A stretch of 64,000 bases of DNA from Octopus sinensis (lineage: Eukaryota): the NCBI RefSeq assembly GCF_006345805.1, contig NC_043003.1, positions 29,512,001 to 29,576,000 of the forward strand, in the 5' to 3' direction. The position numbers were made by a program, and so were the translations under genes. Positions 29,885 to 42,540 of this stretch are shown piece by piece. The first letter of the stretch is position 1, and the number at the start of each line of letters is the position of its first letter. Under the pieces are notes generated by a model, which did not search any database, was not told the DNA's origin, and saw only the letters and a list, made by a program, of their open reading frames with translations.

Positions 29885-30224
29885 TATATATATACACATA
29901 TATATATATGATGGGGTTCTTTCAGTTTCCATCTATCAAATCCACTCACAACCTGAGGCAATTGGACTGAATCCAGAAACATGTGGCTGGAAGGCAAGCT
30001 TCTTACCACACAGCCACATCTGCACCTATGTACATGATGTACACAATGAGTATATAGGAATAAATTATTCAGGTGGGTACCTTAAAGCTTTCAGATATAT
30101 TCTAGGTTCTGATTAACCACACCAAGTTGAAAGAAGCACCAAGGATTGCTTAGGGTGGGCAATCCACAGCAATTCTGATGGGTTAATCAAGTTTGCTTCG
30201 CTGGATTATGAATATTTTAAGGAG

Positions 30225-30465
30225 TATAAATCCAAAACAATGGCAAAGAATATGGAGAATGGTACATTTTCAAATTTTCCTTTTGATTTAACAGTTAATT
30301 ATTCAGCATAGTTAGTTAAAATGACTGGCACATATTTCAGCTGCAAAGAGTATCTGCAGTTGCATATGAACTAACTAATTATGCTATATAATTAACTGTT
30401 AAATTAAAAGAAAAATTAGAAGCTGTACTAGTTTCTGTATTCGCCGTAATTGCTTTGGATTTATA
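30225..30465. repeat. AT-rich imperfect fold-back (MITE-like) element
   Basis: Inverted arms from TATAAATCCAAAAC to CTTTGGATTTATA, centred near 30350. Confidence 0.6.
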
Positions 30466-30685
30466 TATATATATATATATATAATATATATATATATATA
30501 TAACACTGGTGGTGTGGCATTTGATTGATTAATCTGAATGCTAAAGAGTTAAAAATAATACTAGGGTAAATTTACTTAAATGAATTTTAAAAGGCAATGC
30601 CCAGAATGGTTGCAGTTCCAATGGCTGAAATGAATAAAAAATAAAACATAAAAGTAAGATCTGCATAAATTTATACATGTATCAT

Positions 30686-31412
30686 CTATTTTGATTTGTT
30701 TTGATTTTCACTTGCCTCAACAGGTCTTCACAAGTGTCACAAGAAGGAAGGTAAGCACAGGTGGACTGACTACGTCCCAGGTAAGGGCCACGGGTTATGG
30801 CCTGACTAGTCTTGCCGGGTCTTCGGATGGTGTTTTTATGTGCCACCGACATAGGTGCCAGATGAGGCTGGCGAACGGCCATGATCGGATGGTGTTTGTT
30901 ACGTGCCCACAGCACGGAGGCCATTCGATGCGGTACTGGCTACGGCCACGTTCGGATGGTTCTCTTGTGTGCCACCGGCACTGGTACCACAAAGATACAA
31001 TGGAATTTGTATCTTTGTGGTACCAGTGCCGGTGGCACGTGGCACACAAGAAAACCATCCGAACGTGGCCGTAGCCAGTACCGCATCGACTGGCCTCCGT
31101 GCTGTGGGCACGTAACAAACACCATCCGATCGTGGCCGTTTGCCAGCCTCATCTGGCACCTGTGTCGGTGGCACATAAAAACACCATCCGAGCGTGGCCG
31201 TCTGCCAGCCTTGTCTGGCACCTGTGTCGGTGGCACATAAAATCACCCACTACACTCTCGGAGTGGTTGGCGTTAGGAAGGGCATCCAGCTGTAGAAACA
31301 CTGCCAGATCTGACTGGACTGGTGCAGCTTTCGGGCTCCCCAGACCCCAGTTGAACCGTCCAACCCATGCTAGCATGGAAAGCGGACGTTAAATGATGAT
31401 GATGATGATGAT
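30686..31412 (+). mobile_element. RTE LINE 3' UTR retrocopy with inversion and a ~180-bp fold-back palindrome
   Basis: Sense part 30998-31412 ends in GCATGGAAAGCGGACGTTAAA(TGA)n. The palindrome spans 30823-31191. Homologous to the 3' UTR of the RTE at 58003-58420. Confidence 0.8.
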
Positions 31413-31909
31413 GCCAATCTCTAACTGTAGAGGGAACTTGTGGAAGAAGTAGACCCAGGAAGACATGGGACAACGTAGTGAAGCATGATCTTTGGAGGTT
31501 GAGTCTCATGGACGTTATGACAAATGATAGAGACCTTAAGTGATTTGCGGTGCTTGAGAAGACACATCAAGCTGAGTGAAGTCATAGTCATGGCCAGTGT
31601 CAGTGACATGTAAAAGGTACTCATGCTGGTGATACATAAAGGGCATCCAGCTGTAGAAACCGGGCTGGGGCCTGGTACAGCTCTCCAGCTTACCAGTCCT
31701 AGTCAAACCATCTAGTCCATGCCAGTATGGAAAACAGACATTAAATGATGATGAAGATGATGGTGATGATGATGAAGATGATGGCGATGATGATGATGAT
31801 GTATAGTAGTAACATGCCAAGATACTTGTTTGATAAAATGCCACTTGGGTCTATGCAGGTATGTATAGATTTACATAGATATTGCATAATTTATCATACA
31901 TAATTGTAT

Positions 31910-32197
31910 CTAGTCATCTTGGGGTGGGGGTGGGTTTGTTTTGTGAGTCCGCAGATGGCTAGTGAGGCTAATCTGTGCCCGAAAGAGTCTTTGACAGTGT
32001 GGACAGGGAATGGTAGCGCCTGCTACAGGGTTATTAGCTCTGTTCTTCCTGGCTTGTCTGCGGTCTTCTGCAGTAGTGATCCTATTGGTCTCGCATGTGT
32101 TGGCACCCTCATGGACAGCTGATCGGCACCCTTCTCTGTCTAGAGCAGACTGCTCCCAAGTGTCATGGTTGATGTTGAAGGCTTTCAAAACAGAATG
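31910..32197 (-). mobile_element. RTE (BovB-like) ORF C-terminal fragment
   Basis: LKAFNINHDTWEQSALDR...CPHCQRLFRAQISLTSHLRTH, the C2H2-like end of RTE ORFs. Confidence 0.8.
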
Positions 32198-32493
32198 GTA
32201 ATGAAACAATTGTAACAAATATTAAAATAGTGCTGCATTTATATCATAATCCTCATCATCATCATTATCATTTAACCTGCATGGCTTAGCAGATTTGTCA
32301 GGACCTAATAGGTCTGAGAAAACAGCATTGAGAGCCAATAATGAGCTAGACTTATGCAAAACACCTTGAAATATTGCAGAACTAAACAGCCTCCATTCAG
32401 CAGTTATTCACCATTTGTTATAATGTATGTAAGTACATGTATATATATATCATCATCATCATCATCATCGTTTAACGTCCGCTTTCCATGCTA

Positions 32494-32526
<33 letters not shown>

Positions 32527-32530
<4 letters not shown>

Positions 32531-32895
32531 AATTAAAATCCAGAGAATGGAAAAATGGAAAAGTAGCATTAATATAATTTATTAACTGCAAAAATTCAAC
32601 ATGTTCACTTACACCTATTTCAATTTTGCCCAAAAGAATTAAATTCCAGTAATTAAAACATTTTAACATTTTATTGGGTAAAATATGTTGAGATGTTTTG
32701 AATAATAATATGTAATAACCTAACTATATGTCATTTTTACTCCTCTGACAAGATTTTGCCCAATAAAATGTTTTAATAATTGGAATTTAATTCCTTTGGG
32801 AAAAATTGAAACAGCTGTAAGTGAACATGTTGAATTTTTGCAGTTAATAAATTGTATTAACACTACTTCTCCATTTTCTGGGTTTCAGTTTGAAT
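32527..32895. repeat. AT-rich fold-back element in TA context
   Basis: Inverted arms 32527-32684 and 32753-32895 with a ~68-nt spacer. Confidence 0.7.
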
Positions 32896-33628
32896 ATATA
32901 TATAAACCAAGATTTATACTTAAGCCTATTATTTTAGGAACATTTCTATTCCCAACAAAATAATAGGAAACAAACCAATAATTCATTGGATATTTTCTAT
33001 CACTACAGGTGGTTATTTTAACCTCTATTTAAATTTATATATATGTAGGTAGGTAGATAGGTATGTAGATAGATAGGTAGACTTTTAGATAAACAGACAG
33101 ACAATCAGACAGACGGACGGACAGACAAACAGACAGATAGATTGATAGATAGAATTTAGACAAATGCATGGTATGAGGAAGTATTTGCAAATAAGTAGAT
33201 ATAGCTAGCTAGAGAGATAGGGAGAAAAATGAATGAGAGTGAGCAAGAGAGAGCAAGAGAAGGACAGACAAATATAAAATTTAAAAGAAAGAAAGATAGA
33301 AAAAAGATTAGCTTGTCCATAGATGAAAGACAGACAGACTGACTGACATGTATGAAGAGATCAACTTAAAAAAATAAAAACCTGTTAAACGAGTTTTTCC
33401 AATATTTTTTTTTTCTTTTCTTACTTCCCCACCACACCCTTACAGCCATATCTTGTTGGGTATGCACTTACAGAAATGTGTGAGTAACCATCGCCTTTAC
33501 TGTATTTCATAGTGTCTTTTAATGAGTAAGTTTACAGGGTAGACATCCAACGCACCTCCTCATACTCTAGAGCGGAAGAAAGCCTAACCACAATTTGACA
33601 GGTAATCAAGTAACCCCCTTCCTCTGAA

Positions 33629-34228
33629 ATGTTCGGGCGTTCAGCATATACATTTACAAATCAAGAGCAGTCTTCAAAACAGACTGACAATAACCAAGAG
33701 GAGAACATGAAGAGCGTATCTGCTATGGCAACCTCTACAGAAAAGGAACGTGAGGGTGCACTAACAGCTTGGACACCAGAGTGGTCAACTGAATCAGTGG
33801 ATCTGAAGGACTTTCAAGCAAAAAACTTTGTCCCTAATTTTGTGAAAGTAACCAAGGGTCAATACATGAATATTAGTCAGTCCCGGTTTTCACTACAGAA
33901 ATCTCACAATCAGCTCTATATCCACAGTTTTGAAAGTTGTATAAAAGTGTTATCTCACAGTGTACAAAGGGTGACTGAAAACCAGCCCACAGGACCATAC
34001 AAACAACGGATATCCAACAAAAAGCTACTTGCCTTGCAACAACGGCTTGCTATCCCAATTGGTTATGAAGGATGGTTTGAAATCCTATCAGAGGATGGCA
34101 GAGGATCTCGTCCCATTGAAACTGTTCAGGAACTTGCAAAAGTATTTCCAGAAAAATGTCTAGTGCGCCAGGATATTGTTGCATACGGTACTAATGAAGA
34201 TGGCAAACTTAGCAGTAATGTTACTAAG
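33629..34228 (+). CDS. First coding exon of a CABIT-domain protein (GAREM/serrano/THEMIS family)
   Basis: 200 codons from the ATG to an AAG|GTATGT donor (phase 0). WSTESVDL..VKVTKG..LYIHS..LAIPIGYEGWFEILSEDG..TVQELAKVFPEKCLVRQDI parallels the GAREM CABIT pattern (LLIHS, IPVHYAGQFKLL, SVEEVAKAFPERVYV). A pyrimidine tract and TACAG acceptor lie upstream at 33444-33445. Confidence 0.8.
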
Positions 34229-34345
34229 GTATGTCAAAAAAAATTTAATTTAAGTTTCTCTTGGATATTGACAGAAAACCCTGATGTACCTTGTTTGTTG
34301 TCTTATTCACCCATTCAACTGTTTGCTCTTCTGTCTATCTATTTG

Positions 34346-34403
<58 letters not shown>

Positions 34404-34535
34404 GAGATGCATTCTACTTACCTGTCTACCTACCTATATGTATACATATATATATATATATTATATATATATATTATATATATTATATATATATATATAT
34501 ATATATTATATAATATATTATATAATATATGCATA

Positions 34536-34926
34536 CCACACTGGGAAGCACTCCGTCGGTTACGACGATGAGGGTTCCGGTTGATCTGAATCAACGGAAG
34601 AGCCTGCTCGTGAAATTAACGTGTAAGTGGCTGAGCACTCCACAGACACGTGCACCCTTAACGTAGTTCTCGGGGATATTCAGCATGACACAGAGAGTGA
34701 CAAGGCCGGCCCCTTGAAATACAGGTACAACAGAAACAGGAAGTAAGAGCGAGAGAAAGTTGTGGTGAAAGAGTACAGCAGGGATCACCACCATCCCCTG
34801 CCGGAGCCTCGTGGAGCTTTTAGGTGTTTTCGTTCAATAAACACTCACAACGCCCGGTCTGGGAATCAAAACCACGATCCTACGACCGCGAGTCCACTGC
34901 CCTAACCACTGGGTCATTTCACCTCC
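34536..34926 (-). mobile_element. tRNA-derived SINE with the family-3 head but a different 3' body
   Basis: 34745-34926 matches the 5' part of 29575/47075 (reverse complement); 34536-34740 is unrelated to their 3' halves. Confidence 0.8.
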
Positions 34927-34990
34927 ACGCATACCACACTAATACACATACAGCACATAGACAGACGCACATAAACACATAATACACATA

Positions 34991-35226
34991 TTTTAAATAT
35001 TTCTTTTTTTTTTTAAGCCAAAACAACGCAGGTTAAAAAATTAAAATAAAGGTCAACGGTTAGTATTACTTGTTATTTCAATATTTCAGAGTTAGAGCCT
35101 CTTCAAAAAATCTATCTTTTCTGTGTAGATTTCCTAATACCAGGTAATAGTACCAACCTTCAACCTATCTTTTGATTTTTTTTTAACTTGCATTGTTTTG
35201 GCTTTAAGAAAAAAAAATCTTTAAAA
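34991..35226. mobile_element. MITE-like element with ~75-bp imperfect TIRs
   Basis: TTAAGCCAAAACAACGCAGGTTAAAAAA pairs with TTTTTTTAACTTGCATTGTTTTGGCTTTAA. Confidence 0.6.
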
Positions 35227-35339
35227 CATTTCTATACAAGAGAGTATGCTTCATATAAGTATATATATGAGAGTATGTAGGTATGTGTGTATGTATGTAC
35301 ATATGTGTATGTGTGTATATATGCATATATGTATGAATG

Positions 35340-35390
<51 letters not shown>

Positions 35391-36447
35391 TATATGCATA
35401 TGTATATATGTATATGTAATGTATGTGTATATATATATATATATATATATGCATATGTATATATATATATATAATGTTGATAGTATATATATATACATAC
35501 ATATCTCTATCTATCTGTCTAATATTATATCTACCTTGGGAAACAAAACTTTTCCTGGACACTTACAGTATGTGTGTGTGTAAGTATGTATGTATGTATG
35601 TATGTATGTATATATTACTGTATAACATTTTTTCTTCTATGGTTTCACTTGTTTCCCTCATTGGATTGTGGGTATACTTGAGCATTACTTTGAAAGGTTT
35701 AATTGAACAAATGAGCTGCAGTATTTTAAAAAACAAAAGATTTATTTTGCTTAATCTATTGCTCTTTTTTGTGCTGAACTTAGGTTAAGGGGAATTAAAC
35801 AAACTAATATCAGTTGCCAAGTGGTAGAGAGAAAAACACACACACACATGCATTTACTGCAATATATTGCAGTGCTGGAGTTTAACGACCAGTAATGTAG
35901 TATATATATGTATATATATATTCATCTATATAAATATATATATATATATATATTTACATGCATATATGTATACATATATGCATTGTATATTATTATACAT
36001 GATGGACTCTCCTGTCGTTAGATGACATATGAGTGTTTAACAATTTCTTACCAAACAACCACACAGATGATTTGTTTATAGTGATCAAATGTTTGTGTAG
36101 ACACAAGCTCACTCTCTCCATCAGATAAACATTCCCTGTACAGATGCAACAGGTTCCACATGCTGGATGTCAAAATGATCGTAGAGCAACGTGAAATGAA
36201 GGGCTTTGCTCAAGAACACAATGCTATGTGCAGTCAGGGAATCGAACCCACAATCTCACAATTGTGAGTGCAACACCACTAAACCTAGCACCTTCATGAT
36301 ATTATATATATATATAAGGTTGAGGAAAAGGTTCATGCACCAAGTTAAAATACTGTGTTTTTATATATTTTTTATATATTTTTGTGGTGTGTTTGTTCAC
36401 TCAGTTCATTATTTTAACATGGTGCACAAACTTTTTACCTCAACCTA

Positions 36448-36484
<37 letters not shown>

Positions 36485-36518
36485 TCTTTATTAGCCATAC
36501 AGGGCTGCACACAGACGG

Positions 36519-36563
<45 letters not shown>

Positions 36564-37779
36564 TACTATCAAAACTGATATTTTATATTTGCTCTCCATG
36601 TTGGATGGGTATTCATTGTCTGAGTCAGTTTATGTTTGAAGTTGTTGCTCACCTAAGTAGGTTACAGGCACCATACACACATACTCCACGCATACACTCA
36701 CACAAACATATCTCCCTCTCCACACACACTCACACAAACATTCCCCCCACACATACCCACTCATACAAATATATCCCTCCCCACACACATGCACTCACGC
36801 AAACATAACCACATACATAAACACCCCCACACAAACATACACCCCATATACACAAATATACTCCTCTCCTATGCACACTCACTCACACAAACATTTCACT
36901 CCCACACACACATACACAAATACTCATACAAATAGTACCTCACATATACACACACTCACACAGACATATCCCTCCCCTATGGACACACACATGCAAACAT
37001 ATCCCTCCCCTACACACACACACTCACATGAACATATTCCTCCCCACACTCACACAAACATACCCCCACATACCCACACAAGTATACCCCCACATACACA
37101 CATGAACATATCCCTCACCCACCCCCACATATACATACACTCACACAAACATGCTCTCCCACACACACATCCACACAGATATACCCTCACATACACACAC
37201 ACGAACCTATCCCTCCCTCGCCCTACACACACACTCACACAAACATGCCCCCCCCCACACACACACATAAACATACACCACCACCACACACACAACAACT
37301 GGATCAAGGAGCAAAGGTTGCCATGTCTGCAATACAAGGGCATATGTAAACATGGCATGAAAATAACTAACATCAGCCCTGTCACCGACAAAACAACCTT
37401 GGAGTACAACACTGGGAAAATAACAAATTCCACAAAAATTACAAACCAAAGAACAAAACCATCAAAAGATCAAACTGGAAAAAATAGCAAGGGGAAGTTA
37501 CATCTGCTCATATGAAAACCACACACACAAAACATTCCCACAGTTGTATGCTAAAACTGTGGACAATGCTGAAGGTCAAGGAGTGGACTAATTCTCATTT
37601 CATAAGGTGTTCTATACCATTGTCTCATCATTATTCACCATAATCTGTAAGTTCAGATAATTATAAACATGTATAAATGTATATAATAATGCTATACATA
37701 TAGATCCACTTATTTGTGTGTGGGGGGGTGAGAGAGAGAGAATGTGAGTTTATGATATACTTTTTCAATAAGTCTAAGT

Positions 37780-38182
37780 CAATGGCTCTCAATTGGGATC
37801 CCTATGACCCTGGGGGAGAGGATCCTTATTAGATTTTTTTCAGTGGAGTCCACAACATAAGCAAAATAGTAAATTGGGGATCTATAGCAGTGTCTTAAGG
37901 ATCCACACAAAAATTTTGCTTTTGGTATATTTATTGCAAGAAACAAATAGGTTTTTTTTTAAACATTTTACATAGTTTAACATGTTTCCAGCCACTGAAA
38001 ACATGTTCTCTCAGAAAGTGCCATTGCAGACCTGCACAAGTGAACTTGTGAAAAATAAAATAGGAATTCTGAAAGAAGTATCTATAAAATTAACTTTTAA
38101 ATATTGAAAGCGTATGGAGATCCACCAGAATTAAAATAGCAATTGAAGGGGTCCATAGATATAAATTGGCTGGGAGTCACTA
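37780..38182. mobile_element. Degenerate hAT-type MITE related to 8781-9063
   Basis: CAATGGCTCTCAAT ... GCTGGGAGTCACTA termini and a shared GGGGTCCATAG subterminal motif. Confidence 0.5.
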
Positions 38183-38934
38183 GCTTAAGTGAAAAACATA
38201 AAAAAAGGATGAGAAATTAAGATAATTAGTAGTTTTTACAAACATGTATGTACATATACACAAATGTCTGCTTATGTGTGTATATTTCTGAGTATGTGTA
38301 CATATATTTCTGTATACATGTATTTATGTTTACATATATGTATGAATAAATATAAATTCATCTATATATATTCCTATATATATTCCTATATATATACAAG
38401 AATACATACATTCACACACATCAGATACATATCTATACATGTGTACACATAAATATTATTATTAGGAAGTTGGACAGGCAGAATCATTAAAGTGTTGGAC
38501 AAAATGCCTTGTAATATTTCTTCAGACTCCTTAAATTCTGAGTTCAAATCCTACAAAGGGTAACTTTGCCTCACATCCTTCTGAAATCAATAAATAAAGT
38601 ACTAGTCAATTACTGAGGTCGATGGCAATGACTAAACCCTCAAAATTCTAGTTTGTATTATAATGATAAGTACTATTTCTGTTGTTGATAATGATAATTA
38701 TGTTGTTCTTGATGGTGTTGTTGTTGTTGTTATTTTTATACCATTTAAGTACTGGGATCACTGTAATTGACTTCTCATGGGCCTCAAAATTGCTGTCTTT
38801 GTGCCTGAATTAGAAACATTATTATTATTATTATCATTATTATTATTGTTATTATCATCATCATTATTGTTATTATTATTAATTATTTATTATTATTATT
38901 ATCATCATCATCATTATTATTATTATTATTATTA

Positions 38935-38973
<39 letters not shown>

Positions 38974-38975
38974 CA

Positions 38976-39007
<32 letters not shown>

Positions 39008-39212
39008 GAAGGTGGTGAGCTAGCAGAATTGTTAGCACGCTTGTTGGTATTCCATCTGTTTTTACATTCTGAGTTCAAATTCTGCCAGGATCGACTTTGC
39101 CTTTCATCCTTTCAGAATTGATAGAATAAGTGCCTGTCAAATGTAATCCACTTCCTCTTTCCCCAAAAAACTACTGACCCTGTAATAAATTTTGAAACCA
39201 TTATTATTATTA

Positions 39213-40105
39213 TGCTAGTGTATGCTAATTTAGCAGGTATTTTTATCTTGAGGTTTCATGACAACAAGACTCCTCAAATCTCAAGAATCTTCCTTAGGGT
39301 TCTTGAAGAATATTGAATGGGTTTTTTTCTGCAGATCAACAATGTAAGCTTCAATTCCAATTTCTTTCAGTCTTTTAGGTAGCATTTTGGATGTTGTGCC
39401 AAGTACACCAATTACCATAGGAGTAATTGTTGTCTCAGTCTTCTGTGATTTCATCAGTTCTCTGGCTAGGTCCTGGTGTTTCCCAATTTTTTGCCATTTC
39501 CTTGGTATTGCTTCTGCCTATCATAAGGAATTGCAAAATCTATGAACTTGCACTCTTTGTTTATTTTGTCCTCTATAATCATGTCTGGTCTTCTTGCCTC
39601 AGAAATATAGTCGCTCTTTATGGCAAAGTCCCATAAGATTTTGTAATTCTCATTTTCTATCACAGCCTCTGGTTCATGTTCAAATCACTTGTCTGCTGTT
39701 TTATATTTAAGAAATGAGGAATTATATACATTATTTACATTCAACGGATATTTGTCCTCATCTTATTTGTTGTTAACAAAACGTTTTAGCTGATATACCC
39801 TCCAGCCTTCTTCAGGTGTCTTGAAGAAATTTCGAACCTGGGTTCTCATCCCTAAGGTATTTTTCGATGTTATTATTATTATTATTATTATTGCTATTGT
39901 TCAGGTCACTGCTTGGAATCAAACTCAGAATCTTGGGGTTAGTAGCCAATGCTTTTAACCACTACACTATATACCCATGGGCATATGGTGTATGGCCACG
40001 GGCATATGGTGTAGTGGTTAAGAGTGTGGGCTACTAACCCCAAGATTCCGAGTTTGATTCCAAGCAGTGACCTGAACAATAGCAATAATAATAATAATAA
40101 TGATG

Positions 40106-40136
<31 letters not shown>

Positions 40137-40625
40137 CATCGAAAAATACCTTAGGAATGAGAACCCAGGTTCAAAATTCCCCCAAGACACCTGAAGAAGG
40201 CTGGAGGGTATATCAGCCGAAACATGTTAACAACAAACAAGATGAGGACAAATATCCATCGAATGTAAATAATGTAAATAATACACTTTTCTGCTGTTTT
40301 AAAGCCAGATACTCAACTAACATCTCAATGCACTCTTTTGCTTACACAGTCATGTCTGCAATTGTACTCCTTTTGTTCTAGTATGCTGCACTTACTCAAA
40401 ATGTGATTGATATGCTTGTCTTCTTTCCAGCAGATTCTATATTTGCTATTTGACTGATTTGTTCTAAGGGCTTGTTCCTGAGTTGCTATGATTAACATTT
40501 CTGTTTCTCGTTTTAAGTTTCCATCCATCAAACAACACCAATGAGTTTCACTTCCAACATTTTGGGTTTGTTGCCTGAACAGGTCATGCAGTTCCACTTC
40601 TTTCCATTTTTTCATTCTGTTGTTC
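39213..40625 (-). mobile_element. Degenerate Dong/R4 3' fragment (family D) interrupted by a palindromic insertion
   Basis: Minus ORFs LKRETEMLIIATQEQALRTN..RHD (40325-40615) and ENENYKILWDF..RRPDMII (39466-39663) are collinear across 39704-40283. Confidence 0.85.
39704..40283. mobile_element. Head-to-head inverted dimer of a tRNA-head SINE with a hammerhead-like tail; 18-bp TSD
   Basis: Arms 39727-39976 (-) and 40000-40279 (+). TSD cacttgtctgctgtttta (39686-39703) / cacttttctgctgtttta (40284-40301). Confidence 0.85.
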
Positions 40626-41499
40626 TTTCTTTTCTCTTTGAATTCTCCAATTGTTTTTAGTCACTTTTTGCTATTTCTTGTTGCTATTATTATGAACATG
40701 ATGATGATGATGATCATGTCAAAAAAGCACTTTGTAATATTTATTTTGGTTCTTTACATTCTGTATTCAAATCCTGCCAAGGTTAACTTTCCTCTTCATT
40801 CTTTTGGGGTTCTTAAAATAAAGTACCAATCAAGCATTGGTGTCCATGTAATTGACTTATACACGCCCTTCAAAACTACTGGCCTTGTGCATACATTAGA
40901 CACTGTTACTATTATTAATATTGTATCATATGGTGTGGAGACATATTTTGTTTTCTCTCTGAAACACAGTTTTACTTTATTATTACCAAATTAAATTTTC
41001 TTTGGAGTATTTGTTAAAAAGGATTATAATATCCAAGGAAAGCCTTCTTATTATATTCAGGGTATAAATAAAAAATAAGTTTGTTTTTAGAGACTTTATT
41101 TTATATGCTTACATTATACTGGACATCACTTTACATTCTGAATAATTACCAGACACAAACATGGTACAAGGCAAAATATTACAATAACAAAATATTAAAG
41201 TAACAAAAATAAATTACACAACTGAATGAAGAAAAAAAAAGAAAGAAAGAAAGACAGGAACATTTTAAAGAACAATTATTATAAAAATATTTCAAACAGT
41301 CTAACAAATAATTTTGAAAATAATAATGAAAATAACGACAACATTGGTGACATTTGCTGATTGTAAGACATCTTAGATGATATAGTGACTCTGTTAATGC
41401 TAATCTTGCCTCAGTTGAAACAAGCAAAATTTTACATTTAACACAGTTCTTGGGAAAAAAATTAAGTTTGGAAAATTTTGTAAAGACCAAGTTCTTTTA

Positions 41500-42540
41500 T
41501 ATTGTTTTTTGCTGCTGAATCTAAATCAAGAGGGAGCAGAGAAAAAATTACATATCTATGTTTTAAAAAAGATGGTTCCAGAATAGTATTACTTTTAATT
41601 AAATTAAGATTAAAATTGAAAGTGGGAAAAAGTTATAGCACTGGCTACTGCACATTTAAAACTGAAACCTCAGCTAAAACACAGTCTGACACTGTTAGAT
41701 ATACCTCCATACACACACTTGTGTCCACATATATAGGAGCAAAGAAACATAAGGGTGATTTTAAGAGACATTGGAAATGATGTGGATCTGTGGCTGGTTT
41801 ATCCTTTTTGTATTGCAGTATGAACAGGTGAATAAAGCAGGGCTGATGAGAGGTAAGATGTTGTCTGGAGCATCAAAACGATTTTACAGTTCTTAGTGAC
41901 CACCAAAGGACATAGTGCTATACTAGAACAGTACTTAGTTAACAGCATTGAAATAAAATGCATAAAGTTGATGCTCCAAAACAAGCCTAGCTTTCATTTA
42001 TGTTGTAATAAGAACCACCACAGAGCCTTCTACTCTGAAGGACTAGAAAGAATAAAACAGAAAATGAGAAAGGAAAACAATGAAGTCAAATTGAGGCAAA
42101 AACAAACTCCTGTTTCCTAAGTAGCATTTTCACAGTTCTGGGAATAGTGGAAGTTGTCTCATGCCTAGTCATAGAGACAGAAAAACAGACATCCTGCCCC
42201 TTAACAGCAACCAGTAACACCACTCCGTAGTCATATGGCAAAGAAGAGGTAATAGTTGCAGAGGAAAGTGTCCAAACTGTCAGCAAAAATTTAAAAAAAG
42301 ACCTCAGCATAAAACAATTAAAAGGAGTGATGTGAAATAACTTCCTCAAAACAACAATGATGCCCCTCCTTGGAATAATAATGAAGATGAAGAGGAGGAG
42401 GAAGAGCTGAGAGACAGAAATCAGATAGACAACAGGTAAACCCACACAACTGTCATGCCAAGAATATTTTAATGAACTGAAAGTGACAGAGGAGCAACTG
42501 GTAATAAAGGAAACATGCAAAAGACAGGTTAGTAAAAACA
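41500..42540 (+). mobile_element. Highly degenerate ORF remnant, possibly from a DNA transposon
   Basis: Broken plus-strand frames (GDFKRHWK*CG, FHLCCNKNHH) look coding, but I cannot name the family. Confidence 0.25.

Noticed and set aside
30682-31392. Several overlapping Cys/Trp-rich ORFs on both strands
   Set aside because: Products of the GC-rich RTE 3' UTR repeats and the palindrome, not a gene.
34229-34513. C-terminal 94 aa of the 294-aa ORF
   Set aside because: Lies past a strong GTATGT donor and runs into (TATC)n/(TA)n; intronic read-through.
40000-40075. tRNA gene
   Set aside because: It has A/B boxes but no complete cloverleaf and is joined to a repeat body; this is a SINE head. 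The same holds for the other tRNA-like heads.
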